DNA of 64,000 nucleotides, from the NCBI GenBank assembly GCA_028023455.1, contig JAQFVV010000004.1:620001-684000 (forward strand), written 5' to 3'. How positions within the stretch are numbered: position 1 is the first letter of the stretch; each line of letters opens with the position of its first letter. The stretch is from Epiperipatus broadwayi (taxonomy: Eukaryota > Animalia > Onychophora). The notes beneath the pieces were generated by a model. It was not told the DNA's origin, made no database searches, and saw only the letters and a program-made list of their open reading frames with translations. Below are positions 1-13,155 of the stretch, one piece after another. Made by a program: the position numbers and the translations under genes.

Positions 1-80
1 TGATTCTATTTTTTGTAAACCTTATCATGTATGTAGATATAAACAAACAACTATAACATTTGATAGACAATAAAATATAC

Positions 81-139
81 TTTCAAAACTCTCAAAAATT
101 GTCAAATGGGCTTCCAATGCTTCTGTACCATATTCATGA
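81..139 (-). CDS. Candidate internal exon of the minus-strand gene (HEYGTEALEAHLTIFESFE)
   Basis: AT-rich acceptor ...gaatactag| and donor |gtatat on the minus strand; 59 nt; only one frame is open; no homolog recognised. Confidence 0.35.
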
Positions 140-2949
140 CTAGTATTCAAATAATATTAATAAAAGAGATAACATTATTAATTAAAATTCCAATTTTGAA
201 TTAGTTGAATAGGATACGAGTTGAATTAGAAATAAACTCCCATATTTCATTACTTTCTCATTTCTGGTTTTTTCTTTAGTCATATTATTATAATTAAAAA
301 AAAAAACAACCCGTTTTTCTTTCGTAACTTAAAAAAAAATTAAAGTGCAAATAGGATCAGTTTTTGAATGATTATATTAATGGATGTGCTATTTAATTCT
401 TGCATTTAAATTTGCTCATCTCCCTAAAATATATTGAATAATCTATATATGTGTGTTTTATTCGAAAATGATAAGTAGCAGACATTCATTCAATATATTG
501 AACTTTATTTTTTTTACATAATTAATAATTACATACACAAATATGGACTTACTGGTAAAGTGTCAATACATAATTTTCTGCAAGTTTTTATTAACTTTTA
601 ATTTTTAATAGCTTTTATAATATTTATGACCTTTCCTCCAATTTGAATTATAAATTCTACTTCATTTTCAGCTTTCTTTCTGAAATCTAAGTTTTATCTT
701 TGACTAATTACTGTCTTCTCTTTCAAATTATTAAATCAGTTTATTTTGTTAGTGCATATTATTGTCTGATCTAACTTTGACATATCTCTTTAAATGTTGT
801 AGTTGAGAATTTGAATGTCCAAATCTCCAATTTTATTTGCGGTTTTTATAACTTTCTCAATAAACACAATTATTTAGCTTTTTTTTTTTTTTTTCCTTAA
901 GTATAGATTTTTTTCTTTTAAATTATAATTTTTAATAATTAGAACGTTTATAATATTAGATGACTTTATTCATTTATATTTTTATATATCTACTTAAAAT
1001 TAAATTATGTATTAAATAATAAAATTATATGAAAAAATATTTTTTTCCATTAAATATATATAAACATCAAATAATAATTAAGGTATAGGATATTTGAAAA
1101 AAAAAATTAAATTTACATTGCATTCTATTTTAATAATGTTTCATCATCTTCAATCTTTTGATATATGTTCTGAAATATCAGTTCTATGCAATATGATCTG
1201 AATAAATATGAAAATGCTTAAAATTAAAGAAATTCAAGAAATAGCATGTTTTGACTTTTATGATTTGTTACTAATTCCTAAACTGCAAATTAGAGATGCA
1301 GATTGAGCAAGGTATAGACCATAAAAATAATTTGCAATCTAATTGTACCATGTATTAATTCAAAGCCTTATTTAATTAATAAAAAAAAAAACTAGATTAT
1401 AGATAGCTAATGGTAGGTGCTATAGAATAAGAATATGATTTGATGCTAACATTTATCAGAAATTTTTTTATCTATGCAAATTTTTTATCAATTCCATATT
1501 GTTAAATTTAAATAATTTTGAATTAAATTTATAAAAGTTTTCCTCTCATAAATACTAAACTTTTTATAGCTGAGGAAAGAAACTTAGCTATTTGTAAGCC
1601 TACAACAATTAAAAATGCATAGTAATTATTTTTTATAAAAAAATTCACCATACATTAATATTCCCATTATAAATATATATATTTTTATAACACAGTTTCT
1701 CTTATTTTTATTATAATTTTACAAATTTAAAAAAAAAAATAACGAATTGAATTAAAATTACATTAAAATGGAATTGTTAATATATTTTATATATATATGT
1801 AAAATGTTTTGATTTGTAAATCATGTCATTTTATATTTAACCATTAGGAAATATATCTTAGAATTCTTACAGATTAAATTTGATCTTTTTCATAAACATC
1901 ACAATGTATTTCTTTGATTTTCACTATATATTTATTTATTATATATTCAAAAACATGCAGCATCAGGACAGATAACATATAATACGATTCACCATACTTA
2001 GAATTTGATTTAATAATCCTTAAAAATTATTGCAATCCAGGGAAATTATAATAAAACCTGAACTCACAGATGATGTGATAATTTAGAAACTGTCAAACCT
2101 GAAGAGAGAATTACCCCAAACCTATGCTTGATAGAGCTCACCCTTTTGCCAATCATTTTCTTAATTTCAGTTTTGAAATTGCTTAATCTGTTCCTACAGT
2201 TCATACAAGCTATTACATCATTTTTGCTTTATATTCTTTTTCTTTCAAAATTCCTAGTCGCAATGTTTCTAAATCAAGCGATATTTTAATTTTCTAATTG
2301 AGACAATTTTTGTGACTTCTTCACTAAAAATAAAACCATACAAAAAGGCAGAATAATAAAAAAATTAAAGTAGACATTCATTTTGAAAAAAAAAAAAAAA
2401 ACTACATAACTTTATGCAAGTCACTCAGTATGCCTTACACTTGCATGGGGAAAAAACCATTAAAAAAAAAAATCTATTATTTATAACTTTTGTCTACCAA
2501 AAACAACAAAAAATATTTATGTAACCCAAATTCTCTGACACTACAATAAAGTGATAATGCTTGATCATTGCTGCCAGTATCTTAATGAAATTTAATATTT
2601 GACCTTTACAATATTTACAACCACACTTTAAATTATATAAAGCCTTTGTATCAATATTAAACAAATTAATAATTACAATAAAAGTTAATACGATGCATTG
2701 TTTGAATTCTTTAGCTTTCTTTAAAATGGCAAAACAAATATGACTGAATGAAAAATCGTTAATCCTATTGCGACATGAATATGACTGTCATTATAATTCC
2801 ATAAAAAAGAGTAGAAAGATACACAATAAAAATTTAAAGATGACTTTTGCACCAACAATAATAAAAAAAAACAAAGAAAGCAAAGATTTGAGTTAGAATT
2901 CATGTATAATTATAATTTAATTAAAGAATGGAAATGAGTTTATATAAAC

Positions 2950-4900
2950 ATAAAATTCAAATATGCTTAGTGCAGAAAAATGACTGTCAAGCACACAACA
3001 AACAATTCTAAAAATCTAAATGATTAAAGGCAGTTAAAGTAAAGAAAATCGAGAATATGAAAGAAGAAAAGAGAAAGGAAAGACTGTTGGAAAGAAAGCT
3101 AAACTTTTATGATCTATCTTATCAAAGTAGAGACATAATCTTGGTTTGCACTGCTTACTGTTTTCTTTTATAGTTAACTCTCATATCTGAAAGTCATTCA
3201 CTATTAGTCACCTATGGATTCTATTATATATCTGTTATCAGATCATGTAATCTTTGAACTCCAAATGACAGGCTGAGCACAATAATTACATTGAATTGAT
3301 ATTTTTCATCTGAGAATGAATCCAGAAACTATATTAAAGTAAATCACAATATATTTACTGCTTCAGTTTATTGTAATTATAATAAACTTAAATAAATTTT
3401 TAACACTATTTTAATATAACTAACTGCACAACAATATATACTTTAATAAGATAAGAAAAGCATAAAAACTTTGTCTATTTAGGTTTTGATGATTAATTCA
3501 TGAATATACTATTTAAATTCTTATATTTATCACAATTTGAGAACCTGTCAAATTCTGATATTTTTATTTATTCCAAATTTAAGGAGTTATATCTCAAGTT
3601 TGTAAATAAAAAGCATTCTTATTTTTATCTGGGTATTTAAAATAAAAAATTGAGTGACTTTTATTAAAAAGATTATCTAGATAAATAAAATACTTGCCCC
3701 ACAATGTCAATTATATTTTTCATCTTTTATAATTTTTATGTCAATTATATTTTTGTTGTCAATAAACAAATTTAATGCAGTTTTTCTCTAAAATTGTTTA
3801 ATTTTTTTCTCTCTCTTTCTAAATTTGCAGATACATATATATAATTAAAATTATCTACCAAACAAAAAAATATTACAACAAAACAATGAAAAAAAACATA
3901 ACCATACTTACAAATCTCAGACCAATATCAATGAGTCCACTAGGTACTAAGGTATTAGAGTCAGTGATCAAGGAAAAAATTCAACCCTACATATTGTCAC
4001 AACTCTTGAGATTGCAGTTCACTAAAAAGGGCTCTTCAACAGGTCAAGCTGCATTTTCTGTTTAAAACAGTAATAGATTCAGTCAGAACTAATAAGTAAT
4101 ATGGTCTGGTTGTAGTGAAACTAGATATAAAATCTGCATTTGACACAGTACCAATTGATCTACTAATCAATGAACTAAGAAAAATATCAATACCAACTTC
4201 ACTAATATATTTGTTTATAAATTTACTTCTGAGCAGAGAAATACACATTAGCCTCAATGGGAAATATTCACCATCTTTTAACACTTTTTGTTCAATTCCA
4301 CAAGGATCGCTATTAAGTGCCCTATTATTTACATTATACATTAATCCATTGATTAAAGCAATAGAAAACGATTTGGCAGGAATATATATATATAACAGAA
4401 TTAAAAACAAATATTCCATGTATTACATATATGGATGATATATCTGTGTTTCTAACATCTAAAAAACAAATTCCAAAATTATACAAAAAAATATAAGATT
4501 GAATTCAATATGGAGAAATCAAATGCATGGTCAATATATATAGGATGCTATTATGAAGAATACTTCAAAGGGACACAGAGCTCTTTTTTAGATTCCCCTT
4601 TTTTAAAAACAACATGGAAATGTGCTTACAAATCCAAAGAGAACTAATAAACAAAACTGAGAAAATAATCGATTCACTCTCCAAATCCTACTTGTTACTA
4701 TAAGCAAAAGAGGCACTATTTAATCGTTTAGTGATGACAAGGATTTCATACTACACCCTAATAATTATATACGGCAAAGCCTTCTCATTAAAAATTGATA
4801 GCTTGTGTAGAAAACTATTGTGGGGGGAAAGGATGTCCACAATATCAATTAAACGAATTCAAAATCCCCTAGTACAAAATGGATTGAGATTACACGCAAT
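2950..4900 (+). mobile_element. Degenerate non-LTR retrotransposon (L1/Tx1- or L2-like LINE): end of APE endonuclease plus RT
   Basis: LSDHVIFEL (APE C-terminal SDH motif) at about 3236-3262; ORF 4115-4438 has LDIKSAFDTV and PQGSLLSALLFTLYINPL; YMDDI follows in a shifted frame at about 4428-4442. Confidence 0.75.
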
Positions 4901-5055
4901 AATAAATTTAGTGCAGTTTTTCTCTAAAATTGTCTTATTTTTTCTCTTTCTAAATATGCAGATATATATATAATCAAAATTACCTATTTCGATATATATT
5001 GCATCTACCAAAAGTAAGAACAATTGAGCAAAAATTATTACAACAAAACAATGAT
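3765..5055. repeat. Diverged direct repeat pair (about 3765-3890 and 4898-5055) bracketing the RT fragment
   Basis: Both copies share gcagttttctctaaaattg...tttctaaat(t/a)tgcagata...atctacca...tattacaacaaaacaatga. Confidence 0.75.
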
Positions 5056-5678
5056 ACTTGATCATGATAAGTAGCAATTACAAATTACCTATCATTTTTT
5101 TAATGCAATTTATTCTAATACTGTATTTCAATTTTATGTTGCATCTTAAACTTTAATGCGTCCTTTCACCATTAAAACGAGCAATAAAACATAACCTTCA
5201 ACATAAAATTTCTATATCAACAAATCAAACTAAATCCAAAAATTAATGAAAGAGGTATTAAAATTGCCAATTATTTAAAATATATATATTCACTTACAAT
5301 ATTTGACTGAAAAGATGAAAGATGGTTACAAAATGAAAGTACCAAGTGATAATTGTAATTTAATCGTTTTAAAATGTAAGATCTTATAAATTATTAGAAA
5401 TATTTATCTTTAAAATATGAGAATGGTATAAATTTACAAATAAAATTATAGATGATTGAGATACTAAAAATAACAAGATTAGCACATACATTTACCACAT
5501 AACATAAATCAATTTATGGTGACCGATAAAAATATCCAGCGTTTTTAGATATTAACTCATGTTTTAAAACAAAATATACTTTTTATTACCTATTATGTAA
5601 ATATAGCCTTTAATGCTTTTTATTTGTAAAGAGAGTAATTCCCACAATGAACAGAAATTAGTAAAATAATGCTAGTAC

Positions 5679-5714
5679 ATAGATATGTCGATCCTTTTTA
5701 AGTTCAGCCGCCAT
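5679..5714 (-). CDS. Candidate first coding exon of a minus-strand gene (MAAELKKDRHIY); weak resemblance to the N-terminus of prenyltransferase beta subunits (DRH motif as in GGTase-I beta)
   Basis: aaaaaacaATGGCGGCT start context in a locally GC-richer patch; possible donor |gtacta; stop follows if unspliced; downstream prenyltransferase exons not found. Confidence 0.35.
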
Positions 5715-5888
5715 TGTTTTTTAAGACCGCATTTGATATAATTTAATTATTACTGTATTCGTCTTACACTAAAACTAAAAGTATATAATTAATAATAATA
5801 AAAATATTATAATTATTTTATAAAACTTTTCAATTCAAAAACATTTTATTATATATTATTTAAATAATAAATGCGGGATTAAAAAATA
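5715..5888. promoter_or_regulatory. Putative bidirectional promoter and 5'UTRs between divergent ATGs
   Basis: 174 bp between two divergent, A-rich-context ATGs (5714 minus, 5889 plus); inferred from geometry only. Confidence 0.35.
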
Positions 5889-5943
5889 ATGGCAGAAGCA
5901 GAAGACTCCAGTTCTGCCCTCAGGGATCAGGAACCCCTAGAAG
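5889..5943 (+). CDS. Candidate first coding exon of a large plus-strand gene (MAEAEDSSSALRDQEPLE)
   Basis: aaaaataATGGCAGAAG start; GC-rich 55-nt island; donor GAAG|gtttat; in-frame stop right after if unspliced. Confidence 0.55.
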
Positions 5944-7063
5944 GTTTATGAATAATGTTTTTTTTTCTTTCTTTTTTGAATCTATATTTTGTATATATGA
6001 TAAAGTTTATTAAAGTTGTGACGTCTCAAGTTTGATTTTAGTTTTAATTATTTGTAATGTACAAATGAAAAACTCAAAGCATTGGTATAAATAGCACTGT
6101 CTAGTATAAACATGTTGCTCATCTCAGTGAACTATAAATAGCTTGAAAGTCTGGAAATATATAGTCGTTTCATTTATATTATTTTATCAACTGATTTGTC
6201 TAATGTTAACCATTTATACTTTTTTATTTTATTGATAACCTCTTAAAAATGCGATATTAATATTTATTTTAAAAAAAATTAATACACGTTTCAAACACAA
6301 CATATTTTTAGAAATAAGCGTAATTCTATTTCCTAGTGCACAATTACAATGTCTGTTTTATTCGTGGGAAATTTATTTATTTAATGAAAGCAAATAGTAA
6401 ATATAAAGAATATTATAAACAAATCGTTATTAAACATAACTTTTAACATGTAATTAAATAAAATGAGAAATAGATATTGTAACGTCAACATTTTTATAAT
6501 TATCTTGGTGATGCTTTAAATACTAATCTTAAAATCATTTAACATTAATCGTGCATTTATTTTTTTCCAACCTTTAGTTTTAAATTATTCATTTAACATT
6601 TTTCTCTTATTACAGTTTCTTCCAATTTATTTTCTAAATATAATTCCGTTTCATGGGGTTTTTTTTTTTTTTTTGGCAATTATAAACATTTTCCACTCAT
6701 GCTAAGTCATTCAGTATTGCATATCCAACTTTTTTTTCCTTTTTTCTCTATATCTTTTATTGCAAATGTCTATAAAACAAAACAAAAAAAATCCAACTTT
6801 TATAACCACATATTCTAGACTTTAGACGAAGCATTTTTTTTTCCAATATTTATCTCACTGAATCATAATATAATACTTGTCTATTAGTTGTTTGCTATTT
6901 TAGCTTTAATCTATTTTATACTAACTCGTCACATCTCAAATTTCTTAATTATTTAAATGCTATAAGCCATTTCATCATTGTTGTATATATTTATTTTAAG
7001 CATTTAAAATTTTTTATCTGACTAGTTATAAACATACACATGCACATATACTGTATATTGTAT

Positions 7064-9960
7064 GTCAATCAATAGTGCTTTGACCTATGGATAAATTCAG
7101 AGAGCAATCACACAGCTCACTCGTCCACTTCTACATTCTGTTTTAGTCACTGCCCAGATCTTCAATTCCACATATCTCTTATATCATCAAACATCATTAA
7201 TTTTTATCATTCTTTCTTTTTTTTTCATTCACTATTTCCTCTAAAACATCCTTCATTAAACTATTCTTCTCTCTTGGTATATGTCTGATCCAGTTTCTAT
7301 TGCTAATTTCCTCAATCTTTTTTTTTTTCTTTGACTTTTTCCCAAACTTCTTCACTTGTCATTTTATTCACTTAACCAATTTTCTCAATTCTCCTCCAGG
7401 TCTACAGTTCAATGGCCTCTAATCTGTTCCTATTTTTTTTTAGTTATTGTTCATGTTTCAACAAATATGTTATTAATACACTCCACACATAAACTTAGTT
7501 AATATTTTCTTTAATTCTCTCTTCAAAGATCCACAAAATATTTTTGTTCTCTTAATGAATGTATCTTTTGCCAATACTATTTATGATTTTAACTCCATCC
7601 TTGCTTTTTTCATCTTCACTCAACCAATCACCCAAATATCTATTACCATTCACTTGTTGAATTATTATTAGTATCAACTTATATTCTTTTTGTATTCCTT
7701 TCTATTCACAAACACTTGATCTTTCAACAGTAATTTTAATTACATATTTTATATATTCCTCCACTAATTTATTCAACATATTCTGGATATACTTTTAATC
7801 CTCAACTGCATCATATCATCTACAAATCTTAATAATTTATTATTCTACATATGACTCCACCACTGTCTAAATATTTATTTAAAATGTCATCTAAATAAAT
7901 ATTAAAAAACACAGGTAACATGTAGGGTCCTTGTCTTATTCCTGTTTTTATATTCACTTCTTCAGTCTCATTATTTTCCAGTCTGGTTCTTATTTTCCCA
8001 GTATACATATTCTAAATCAATGTTCCCTTTTTCCAAATACTCTTTTATTTTTCAAGGTGATCATAAGTTTATTCCAGATGACTCTATTGAATGCTTTTTC
8101 CAAATCCACAAAACATATATCAATTTTACTTTTTTCAAATTTTTTTTCTGCAATTGTTTTAACAATGCCACTTTTGCCTCTCTGAAAACTAAACTGAATT
8201 CCCAATATAATATTCTATCTTCTCATAAATTTTTTGAATTAAAATTTTCAATAATATTTTGGAAGCTTGAAATAACAAACTTATTGTCCTGTAATCTTTA
8301 GCTTTCTTCTTTTTAGCAGTTGGAATCATTATATTCCAAGAAATCTTTAGGTCAAACTCCAATATTATATGTCAGATTGTACAGTAAGTCCAAAAATTTT
8401 TTTCATGGTAGACTTTCAACTCTTTCAAAAATTCTATAGGTTTTGTATCAAATCCAATGGCTGTATAATTTTTAATTTCTTTAATCGATTTAATTACTTC
8501 TATCAATATTCTCACAACTGATTAACATCTTTTTTACTATTAAGTTCATAATTAATTGTATGGATTTTTTTTCTAAACAGATATTCAAGATATTCTTTCA
8601 CCTTTTCAATATAAAATCCTTTTTAGTTAATGTCTTCATTCTTCTCAGGTATTTCGCTTATTAATCTTTTTTTTTGTCTTGAGTGATTTTTTTTTTTTTG
8701 TTTCAAATGATATTTTTAATTCTATTTTACATCATATCATCTTTTTACATGATGAAGCACTTCTATCTTTTTATATTCTTGTTTCCAGCATTTTTCTGTT
8801 GCCAAATCTGTCTCTCTTCTTAATTCATTATTAAATTTTTTATATATTCTTTGTCCTTCTTCATTATTGACATTTTGCCATCCTCTATGTACTTCCTTCT
8901 TTTTCAATATTTGTTCATGTGTCCAAGATTATTTATCATTCTTTAATCTTATAATTCCTATTCTATTTTTTACTGTTTTTAATATTTTCTCTTTAAACAT
9001 ACGCCAACATTTATCAGAATCATTCGTATATTTTTCAAATTTATCAATCTTCTTTATATTTTTTCATGTATAAAACCAAACCTTCTTTTCTCCATTCCTC
9101 TCACTTTATACAAGTTTTTTCTGTTTTCATTCTTTTTAAGATTCAATTTTAATTTTGCCATAAATATATTATCTGAGCTTTATATCATTGCTGGCAAAGT
9201 ATGTGAATCCATAATAGCATTCTTTATACACTGTATCAATATATAATCTATCTGATATCTTTCTCTATTTTCTGGAACTTTCCATGTATAAAATCTTCTT
9301 GGATGATTTTTATACTTAAGTATTTGCAACTACCAAATTATGCTCTTTACAAAATTCTATAACTGTCTATCTCTTTCATTCTTTTTTCCAATATCATAAT
9401 TTCCAACAATTTATTCCTTCTTTACCTTTTCCCACAACAGCATTCCAAACACTCAATAGCACTATACATTCATTATTTCCCTTTTGTTGTATTATTTTCT
9501 CCACTTTTATGATCATGATCATCTATTTCAACATCATCATCATTCATATTTGGTGTATAAACTTGTATAAGTACCAAATCTTTAGAATTTGTAGTTATTC
9601 TTATCATCATAAATCTATCTTCATCACAAACCATCTTTCCAACACTTATCCAAACTTTTATTCCAACAGCAATACCAACTCCATTAACTGCTCTATTATC
9701 ACCACAATAAAAACAATTTTCTATTTCCACTATTTATTTTTCCACTCCTCTCACTTCACTTAATGCTATAATATTGATATTACATATTTTTATTTCTCTT
9801 CTCAAATTTTCCAGCACTTCTTAAAGATTTTATATTCCAAATACCAACTCTCAATGTCTCTTCTTTCAATGCACTATCTTTATGACGATTTTGCAGGTTT
9901 ACAATTTGATTAATTTCATGTCTATTTCTGCCAGGCAAAACACCAAGTTTTTCTTAGCTA
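7064..9960 (-). mobile_element. Near full-length degenerate RTE-clade LINE (APE endonuclease + RT)
   Basis: Minus-strand LRVGIWNIKSL (about 9820-9852), NGVGIAV...DRFMMIRI...LVLIQVYTP (ORF 9473-9730), CFVDLEKAFNRV (ORF 8017-8205), RFVDDM (about 7812-7830); 3' end actattgattgac; many stops and frameshifts. Confidence 0.9.
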
Positions 9961-10880
9961 AGGTCTCAATACCTATCAGAATTAATTTTATGTTCAAGTT
10001 TATAATGGAAAAAACAAGAGAAATATAAAGTCAAGTGTTTTTCCATTAAATAAAATTACACCTCATTGGATGCTTGATCAGTAACGGTATTTTTACCAAG
10101 TCAATGGAAGACCATTATAGCTGTCAGTAGTGAAGAGAGAAAGCAATAAATAAATGATTGTGAAGGTTATTGTTAAAATTATTGTAGTATACATAGTTAG
10201 AAAAATACTTTTAAAGAAAAATGTGTACATTTTTATTTCTAGAGATAGAAAAAGTTGTAAATTAAATTAATAGTTGAGGCTTATAGTTCATCATTTTTAT
10301 AAATTTGTCATTTTGAAATTTTTTTTTTACTGGACTTTCAGTTTGATTTTATTTTTCATATCAACATTCATTAGCTTTCAAATTTTTGTTTTATGACACA
10401 TGGCAAATATGTATACATTTTTGAGGCTAGTTTTTAAATTTTTTTTGATATCAACGTTAATCCATTTTCAAATTCTGCATTTATGGTTCAAATTACAGTA
10501 CAAGCATTTAGAATACATTTAGACAAAAATATCTACAATTTAACATTTTTACTATAAAGATACAAAAAGATAAGCGAACAAAATTGATAATTAATTTTTA
10601 TATGGCAAAGATGTTTGTCTTTCTAGTGTTCATTATATGTTTTTGTATTTATTGTATAAGTCATAATTTAATGAGAAATGTATTCTATTAATTATTCGCT
10701 CTAGAAGTCTTTATATTAGCAGACTTCAGTAATATATTTTGCATTATTATTGATTATATTTACTGGCTAATACAAATTTATAAATTAGTCATATTTTTTT
10801 TTTATATAGGAAAATCAATGGCAATATCTACATCATAAATTTTAATATGTATAAAATGAATTAATTTCACACTTTTCAGA

Positions 10881-11080
10881 TTTTGTTTTATTCTATGAAC
10901 TATTTTTCATTTTGATTTTCTTCCTACATTTTCACCATGTTATATAGTCATTATCAAGGATTATTCTTCTTACTTTCATATTTGTCTAAGCAAGAATAAG
11001 AATCCTTGACAATGATCATATAATATGATCAAAATATACGAAGAAAATCTAAATGAAAAATGGTTCATAGAATAAAACAA
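10881..11080. mobile_element. Foldback element (about 90-bp arms), each arm with a degenerate U3-A8 hammerhead
   Basis: ttgttttattctatgaac...caaggattattctt is mirrored by aagaataagaatccttg...gttcatagaataaaacaa; arms read tcc-TTGA(T/C)AA-t-stemII-(G)AAA. Confidence 0.7.
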
Positions 11081-11420
11081 TGAAAAGAAAAAGTGTGTGA
11101 AATTAATGGACTGTATTTGGAAAGAAAATGAAATAATTAATCAAGTATTGATTTTATTAAATCATACATTTTATGCTTTATCTGGTCAGTGTTTTTATTT
11201 TAACATGATTATGGATCAAATTTTAGTTTTATGTTTCTGTACAAATAAGCTTAAATTACACACAACACAATTCAATTTCAATTGGATTCTTTGTAATTTA
11301 TTAAAAATAGCAATAATAATTAATATTTTTGTCTTATTAAAAAAAATACTCAGTTTTAAGCAAGAATGTTACTGAGTAATTTTTAAAAAGTAATATAAAT
11401 ATGAAGTTAATATATAACTG

Positions 11421-11660
11421 TTAATGAAAACATCAACAGGAAAAATGGGTTTTTAAAAAATATTCAGCGTTATTACTGCCTAGCATGCTTTCAATATAAT
11501 ATGTATATCATAATCATATTCGCAGTTTATAATAATGAGTCATATTATTATAAGCCATCAATGTGATATACATGTTATATTGAAACCATACTAGTTAATA
11601 ATAAAGCTGAATAATTTTTTTAAAAAAACTACCTTTTCTGTGGATGTTTTCATTAACAGC
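11421..11660. mobile_element. Foldback element (about 100-bp arms) with decayed hammerhead remnants
   Basis: ttaatgaaaacatc...ctagcatgctttcaatataat is mirrored by tatattgaaaccatactag...gatgttttcattaa; minus arm reads GAUAUA/UAUAUU-GAAA-GCAUGC-UA. Confidence 0.6.
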
Positions 11661-11856
11661 CATGTATTACATTAATTCAGAAAAGAAGGAAATTATTTAT
11701 ATCACATGACCACCATCTCTTATACTAGCACATAATTGTTATTAAACAAGGCAAAACTCTCCATACAGTAGTGCCATCCTGTGCCAACCAAAGTAATCAA
11801 TGGATGCCAAAAGGCTTGTGCATAAAATCCCTATCTAGTGCCTACTTATCCAATAT

Positions 11857-11896
11857 TCCCAGACTAGTTTCTGGCTTGTAGCCTTCATCGGTGAGG
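11857..11896 (-). ncRNA. Minimal type-I hammerhead ribozyme, family A copy 1 (U4>C)
   Basis: CCUCA-CCGAUGA-A-GGC UACAA GCC-A-GAA-ACUAGU-C^UGGG: stem I pairs, palindromic stem III, GUC triplet. Confidence 0.75.
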
Positions 11897-11948
11897 AGCC
11901 TTGGATCTGAGAGCACTGCACCCTATCTAGTGCCTATTCATCCAATAT

Positions 11949-11988
11949 CCCCAGACTACTTTCTGGCTTGTAGATTTCGTCAGTGAGG
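11949..11988 (-). ncRNA. Minimal type-I hammerhead ribozyme, family A copy 2 (core intact, stems II and III damaged)
   Basis: CCUCA-CUGACGA-AAUC UACAA GCCA-GAAA-GUAGU-C^UGGGG. Confidence 0.7.
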
Positions 11989-13155
11989 AGTAGGCACTAG
12001 ATCGGGATTTTATGCACAAGCCTTCTGGCATCCATTGATTACTCTGGTTGGCATAGGCTGGCACTACTGTATGGAGGGTTTTGCTTTGTTTAATAAATTA
12101 TTTATAGTTGAAATATGAAGCTATTAAATATTACTTTTTTATGTTCTAGCTAAATTTTAATATTTTCGTTTTGTAATAAATAATATCAAAGTTATCAAAT
12201 TTATTATTTCAATCTAATTTTAACTGACAGTATTATTGCATTTGATATTATTCTTTATATTAGGGCACTAAAATCCTTTCTATAAAGCTTTTATGCATTA
12301 ATTCCTATATATATAGATTTCATTCTAATTTAATAATTTATAATTGATATTTTATTATATATGTTTATAGTAGTATTAGAATAATAATATGGCTAATAAT
12401 TAACTTTTTTGTTATTGGTAAACATTTATGTATAATAATAAATTTATTATTAATTGTTGAGGATTCTTGGTCTTTTTAAAATATATATATATTAGGGGGG
12501 GGGGTCAATTTTCCATTGGCATCATAAATATTGTTATAGTATTTTATAATTTAAAATAAAAACAAAAAAAATATTTAACTTTTTAAAATAAACAGTTAAA
12601 CATCCTAATATTTATAATCTTATTTTATTTTATATATACACTAGATTAATAATATTATAAGGCTGGTTCTTGTTTAAAAATGAAGTTAATTCAAATAAAT
12701 TATAACATACATTTATGTGCTGGGTATGTGTTTTTTGTAATAAAGAGATATTATATTTACAAATATATTTTTTAAATAATGTTATGCAATAGATTTTTTT
12801 TTATCTATCCAGACATTTTTTCATTTTTCCTATTGGGAAAATTTCTGTAGATAACTGTAGACTAGATAATACCTGACAGCAGAGAAAAACAGAATATAAT
12901 AATCAATGATCATATATTTTGGAAAAATAGCTTTTGCAAAAAATACTTTGAAATAATGCAAACATAAATTTGAAAAAAAATATTTAAAAAAATACTACAT
13001 TTTCAATTTTTCTTAAATTATTCTTATTATTCAAACAATAAATATTATTTTATTACTTTATGAAAGTAATAGATTAGCTGCTAAATAAAAATATTTAAAA
13101 ATTTTTAGTATTGAATATATAATAACTACTTTTTTCTATTGCATTGCCAAATGTG

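Larger units (their letters stand above)
11739..12096. mobile_element. Hairpin element (family A): about 108-bp inverted arms enclosing a 92-bp tandem repeat with two hammerheads
   Basis: Arms 11739-11846 and 11989-12096 (ttattaaacaaggcaaaactctccatacagtagtgcc... and its reverse complement); ccctatctagtgcc recurs at 11829 and 11921. Confidence 0.9.

Noticed and set aside
9900-9975. HDV-like ribozyme at the RTE 5' end
   Set aside because: Expected by analogy with other RTEs, but I could not build the nested double pseudoknot by eye
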